This document shows, one piece after another, positions 62,445 to 64,000 of a DNA stretch of 64,000 nt. The notes beneath the pieces were generated by a model, which saw only the letters and a list, made by a program, of their open reading frames with translations, ran no database searches and was not told the origin of the DNA. Position numbers and translations under genes: made by a program. Origin of the DNA: Chloroflexota bacterium (lineage in GTDB: Bacteria; Chloroflexota; Dehalococcoidia; Lucifugimonadales; UBA3495); the NCBI GenBank assembly GCA_009840175.1, contig VXOI01000062.1, forward strand, positions 4,727 to 68,726, in the 5' to 3' direction. Numbering within the stretch: the first letter of the stretch is position 1; the number at the start of each line of letters is the position of its first letter.

Positions 62445-63797
62445 CTAAGCGCCCTTGAAGGTTTCTTCCTTGGCTAACCCACGCATGAACTTCAGATACT
62501 CTGCCCGGGTCATTTCGGGCCGGTGGCCCGATACGATCCCGCTGCCCACGGTCGCCCCGTCGGCCAGCAGGTCTATGGCCGTGTAGGCCAGGGCCTTGGC
62601 CGCGGTGATGACCGCCAGAGAGTAGTCATGCACCACGTAGTCCGCGCCGTGGCCTATGCCGGTGGCTCCGCCCACGTAGGGATGGATTGCAGGCATCAGA
62701 TGGCTGATGTCCCCCATATCAGTGGAGCCGTTCCGGGCCGCGATATGACCTACGTTTTCCGCGCCCACCAACTGGTTGGCGTTGGCCTCGAACACATTGT
62801 TCATTGCGCCGTTCTGGCGGAGTGGCAGGTAACCGGGGATGGTCTGGATGACTACGTCGCCGCCCACCGCCATCGCCCCCGCCTTGAGGGCACGGTCAAC
62901 CTTGACGTTGGCGTCCATGATGGCGTCCAGGGTGCGGCCCCGGACGAAAGTCTCCATGCGAACGTCGGCAGGCACGGCGCTCACCGCTTCGCCTCCCTTA
63001 GTGATGATGGGATGCACCCGTATGCTGTCTTCGTCCCGGAAGGTCTCGCGGTTGTAGTGAATGGCGCTGAGGGCCAGGGTCGCGGCATTGAGCGCATTGA
63101 TGCCCAGGTGGGGCGCTCCGCCTGCGTGGGCCCCTTTACCGATGAACTGTATCTTCTTCGCCAGGGTGCCGTTGTTGGTCCCGCTGATGCACAACTGCCG
63201 CTCATCCGGGTTGGCGGTCGTATGGCACATCATGGCGAGATCAATGTCATCGAACTCGCCCAGCCGCACCATTTCCGGTTTCCCACCCAGGAACTCCAGT
63301 TTGCCTGCACGTCTCAGGGAGTCGCGGTACTCAATCTCGATATATTCCTCCGCGGGCACCGCTATGAAGGCCAGACGTCCGCTCAGGTGTTCTAGGACTT
63401 CAGGCTGCTTCAGGGCCATGGCTGCGCCCATGATCATGCCCATCTGGCAGTGGTGGCCGCAGGCGTGGGCCGCGCCCGTCTCGCTATTGGCGTGAGGGTG
63501 CTCATTGACGATAAGCGAGTCCAGCTCGCCGATGACCGCCAATGCCGGACCTGGGCTGCCGCCCACCAGGTCGGCCCGTAGGCCCGTCAGGGCCAGGCCA
63601 ATGCGGGCCTGCATTCCCATTTCGGCGAACTTGCCGGCCACCAGCCGCGCCGTCGTCGTCTCCCGAAACCCCGGCTCAGGGTTCGCCAGGATCGTTTTGG
63701 AAAGGCTGACAAGTTCATCAGCCCTGGAGTCAATGGCCTCGGTCGCCATGCGTTTCAGGTCTTCCCTGGAAGGCGTGGCGACCCCTGCTGAAGACAT
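62445..63797 (-). CDS. M20-family amidohydrolase (paralog 2)
   Basis: ..GAAHACGHHCQMGMIMG... 450 aa. Its stop is 2 nt upstream of the paralog 1 start. Confidence 0.75.
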   Translation of the reverse strand: MSSAGVATPSREDLKRMATEAIDSRADELVSLSKTILANPEPGFRETTTARLVAGKFAEMGMQARIGLALTGLRADLVGGSPGPALAVIGELDSLIVNEHPHANSETGAAHACGHHCQMGMIMGAAMALKQPEVLEHLSGRLAFIAVPAEEYIEIEYRDSLRRAGKLEFLGGKPEMVRLGEFDDIDLAMMCHTTANPDERQLCISGTNNGTLAKKIQFIGKGAHAGGAPHLGINALNAATLALSAIHYNRETFRDEDSIRVHPIITKGGEAVSAVPADVRMETFVRGRTLDAIMDANVKVDRALKAGAMAVGGDVVIQTIPGYLPLRQNGAMNNVFEANANQLVGAENVGHIAARNGSTDMGDISHLMPAIHPYVGGATGIGHGADYVVHDYSLAVITAAKALAYTAIDLLADGATVGSGIVSGHRPEMTRAEYLKFMRGLAKEETFKGA

Positions 63798-63962
63798 GGT
63801 GCTACCTCTTGATTCAGGATGGCCCAGGCTATTTCATAAATGAAAGGGAACGGCTGACAGGAAACGCCCCCATCTTTCCCGCGATTGTAGCACGTAGCCC
63901 TATCCCTCGTATCGGGCATCTTATGCAGTGGAGCGCCGGGCTTAGGTGTATAATCGCTCCCT

Positions 63963-64000
63963 ATGAAGATAGTAATTGCTCCCCAGGGTTTCAAGGCAGG
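63963..64000 (+). CDS. possible 5' end of a glycerate kinase gene (only 12 codons in the window)
   Basis: MKIVIAPQGFKA.. resembles the conserved glycerate kinase N-terminus MKIVIAPDSFK... TATAAT at 63949..63954 lies only 8 nt upstream of the ATG. Confidence 0.3.
   Translation, partial: MKIVIAPQGFKA

Overview
This is a densely coding, visibly high-GC bacterial chromosomal segment, and most of it is housekeeping. I saw no rRNA, tRNA, CRISPR array, transposase or integrase.

Gene content in order:
- Anchor-less 'type E' succinate dehydrogenase (sdhA, sdhB and a CCG-domain subunit), a PIG-L deacetylase, a class-III aminotransferase, mdh, and monomeric icd.
- A lysophospholipid-acyltransferase plus GPH-type MFS pair, a YyaL-like thioredoxin-domain protein, and thrS.
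- A dpp/opp-type peptide ABC operon and two tandem CE7 esterase paralogs, the second of which lacks the nucleophile serine.
- prfB with its programmed +1 frameshift.
- A dcd-ribD-ribE-ribBA operon, a SIMPL protein, an acyl-CoA dehydrogenase, a solitary selA, and an alpha/beta hydrolase.
- A stand-alone groEL with a His-rich tail, followed by a zinc-ribbon micro-ORF.
- An endonuclease Q homolog and rimI.
- A tightly coupled coaE / CbbQ-like AAA+ / CoA-type NUDIX / 1128-aa CbbO-NorD-like VWA operon.
- An AT-rich type II restriction-modification islet.
- A phosphotriesterase-family protein and an M24 peptidase.
- Two coupled micro membrane proteins and an amber-interrupted PT-linker lipoprotein gene.
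- cinA and a GldA/F/G-type ABC-2 operon with DUF4340.
- speH-speB, an M50 protease, a cysteine desulfurase, a lipoprotein, a polyprenol-kinase-like protein, and two tandem M20 amidohydrolases.

The best candidate for an undescribed system is the coaE-Q-NUDIX-O operon (about 37.98-43.63 kb). It is a Rubisco-activase/NorQD-type AAA+/VWA remodeller pair. No Rubisco or NO-reductase client is present, and the pair is translationally coupled to two CoA-metabolism enzymes.

Several families of short hairpin (REP-like) repeats are scattered through the intergenic regions. In places they extend into the 3' ends of genes, and one copy sits inside a gene. Many long ORFs in the six-frame track are antisense shadows typical of high-GC DNA and are not called.
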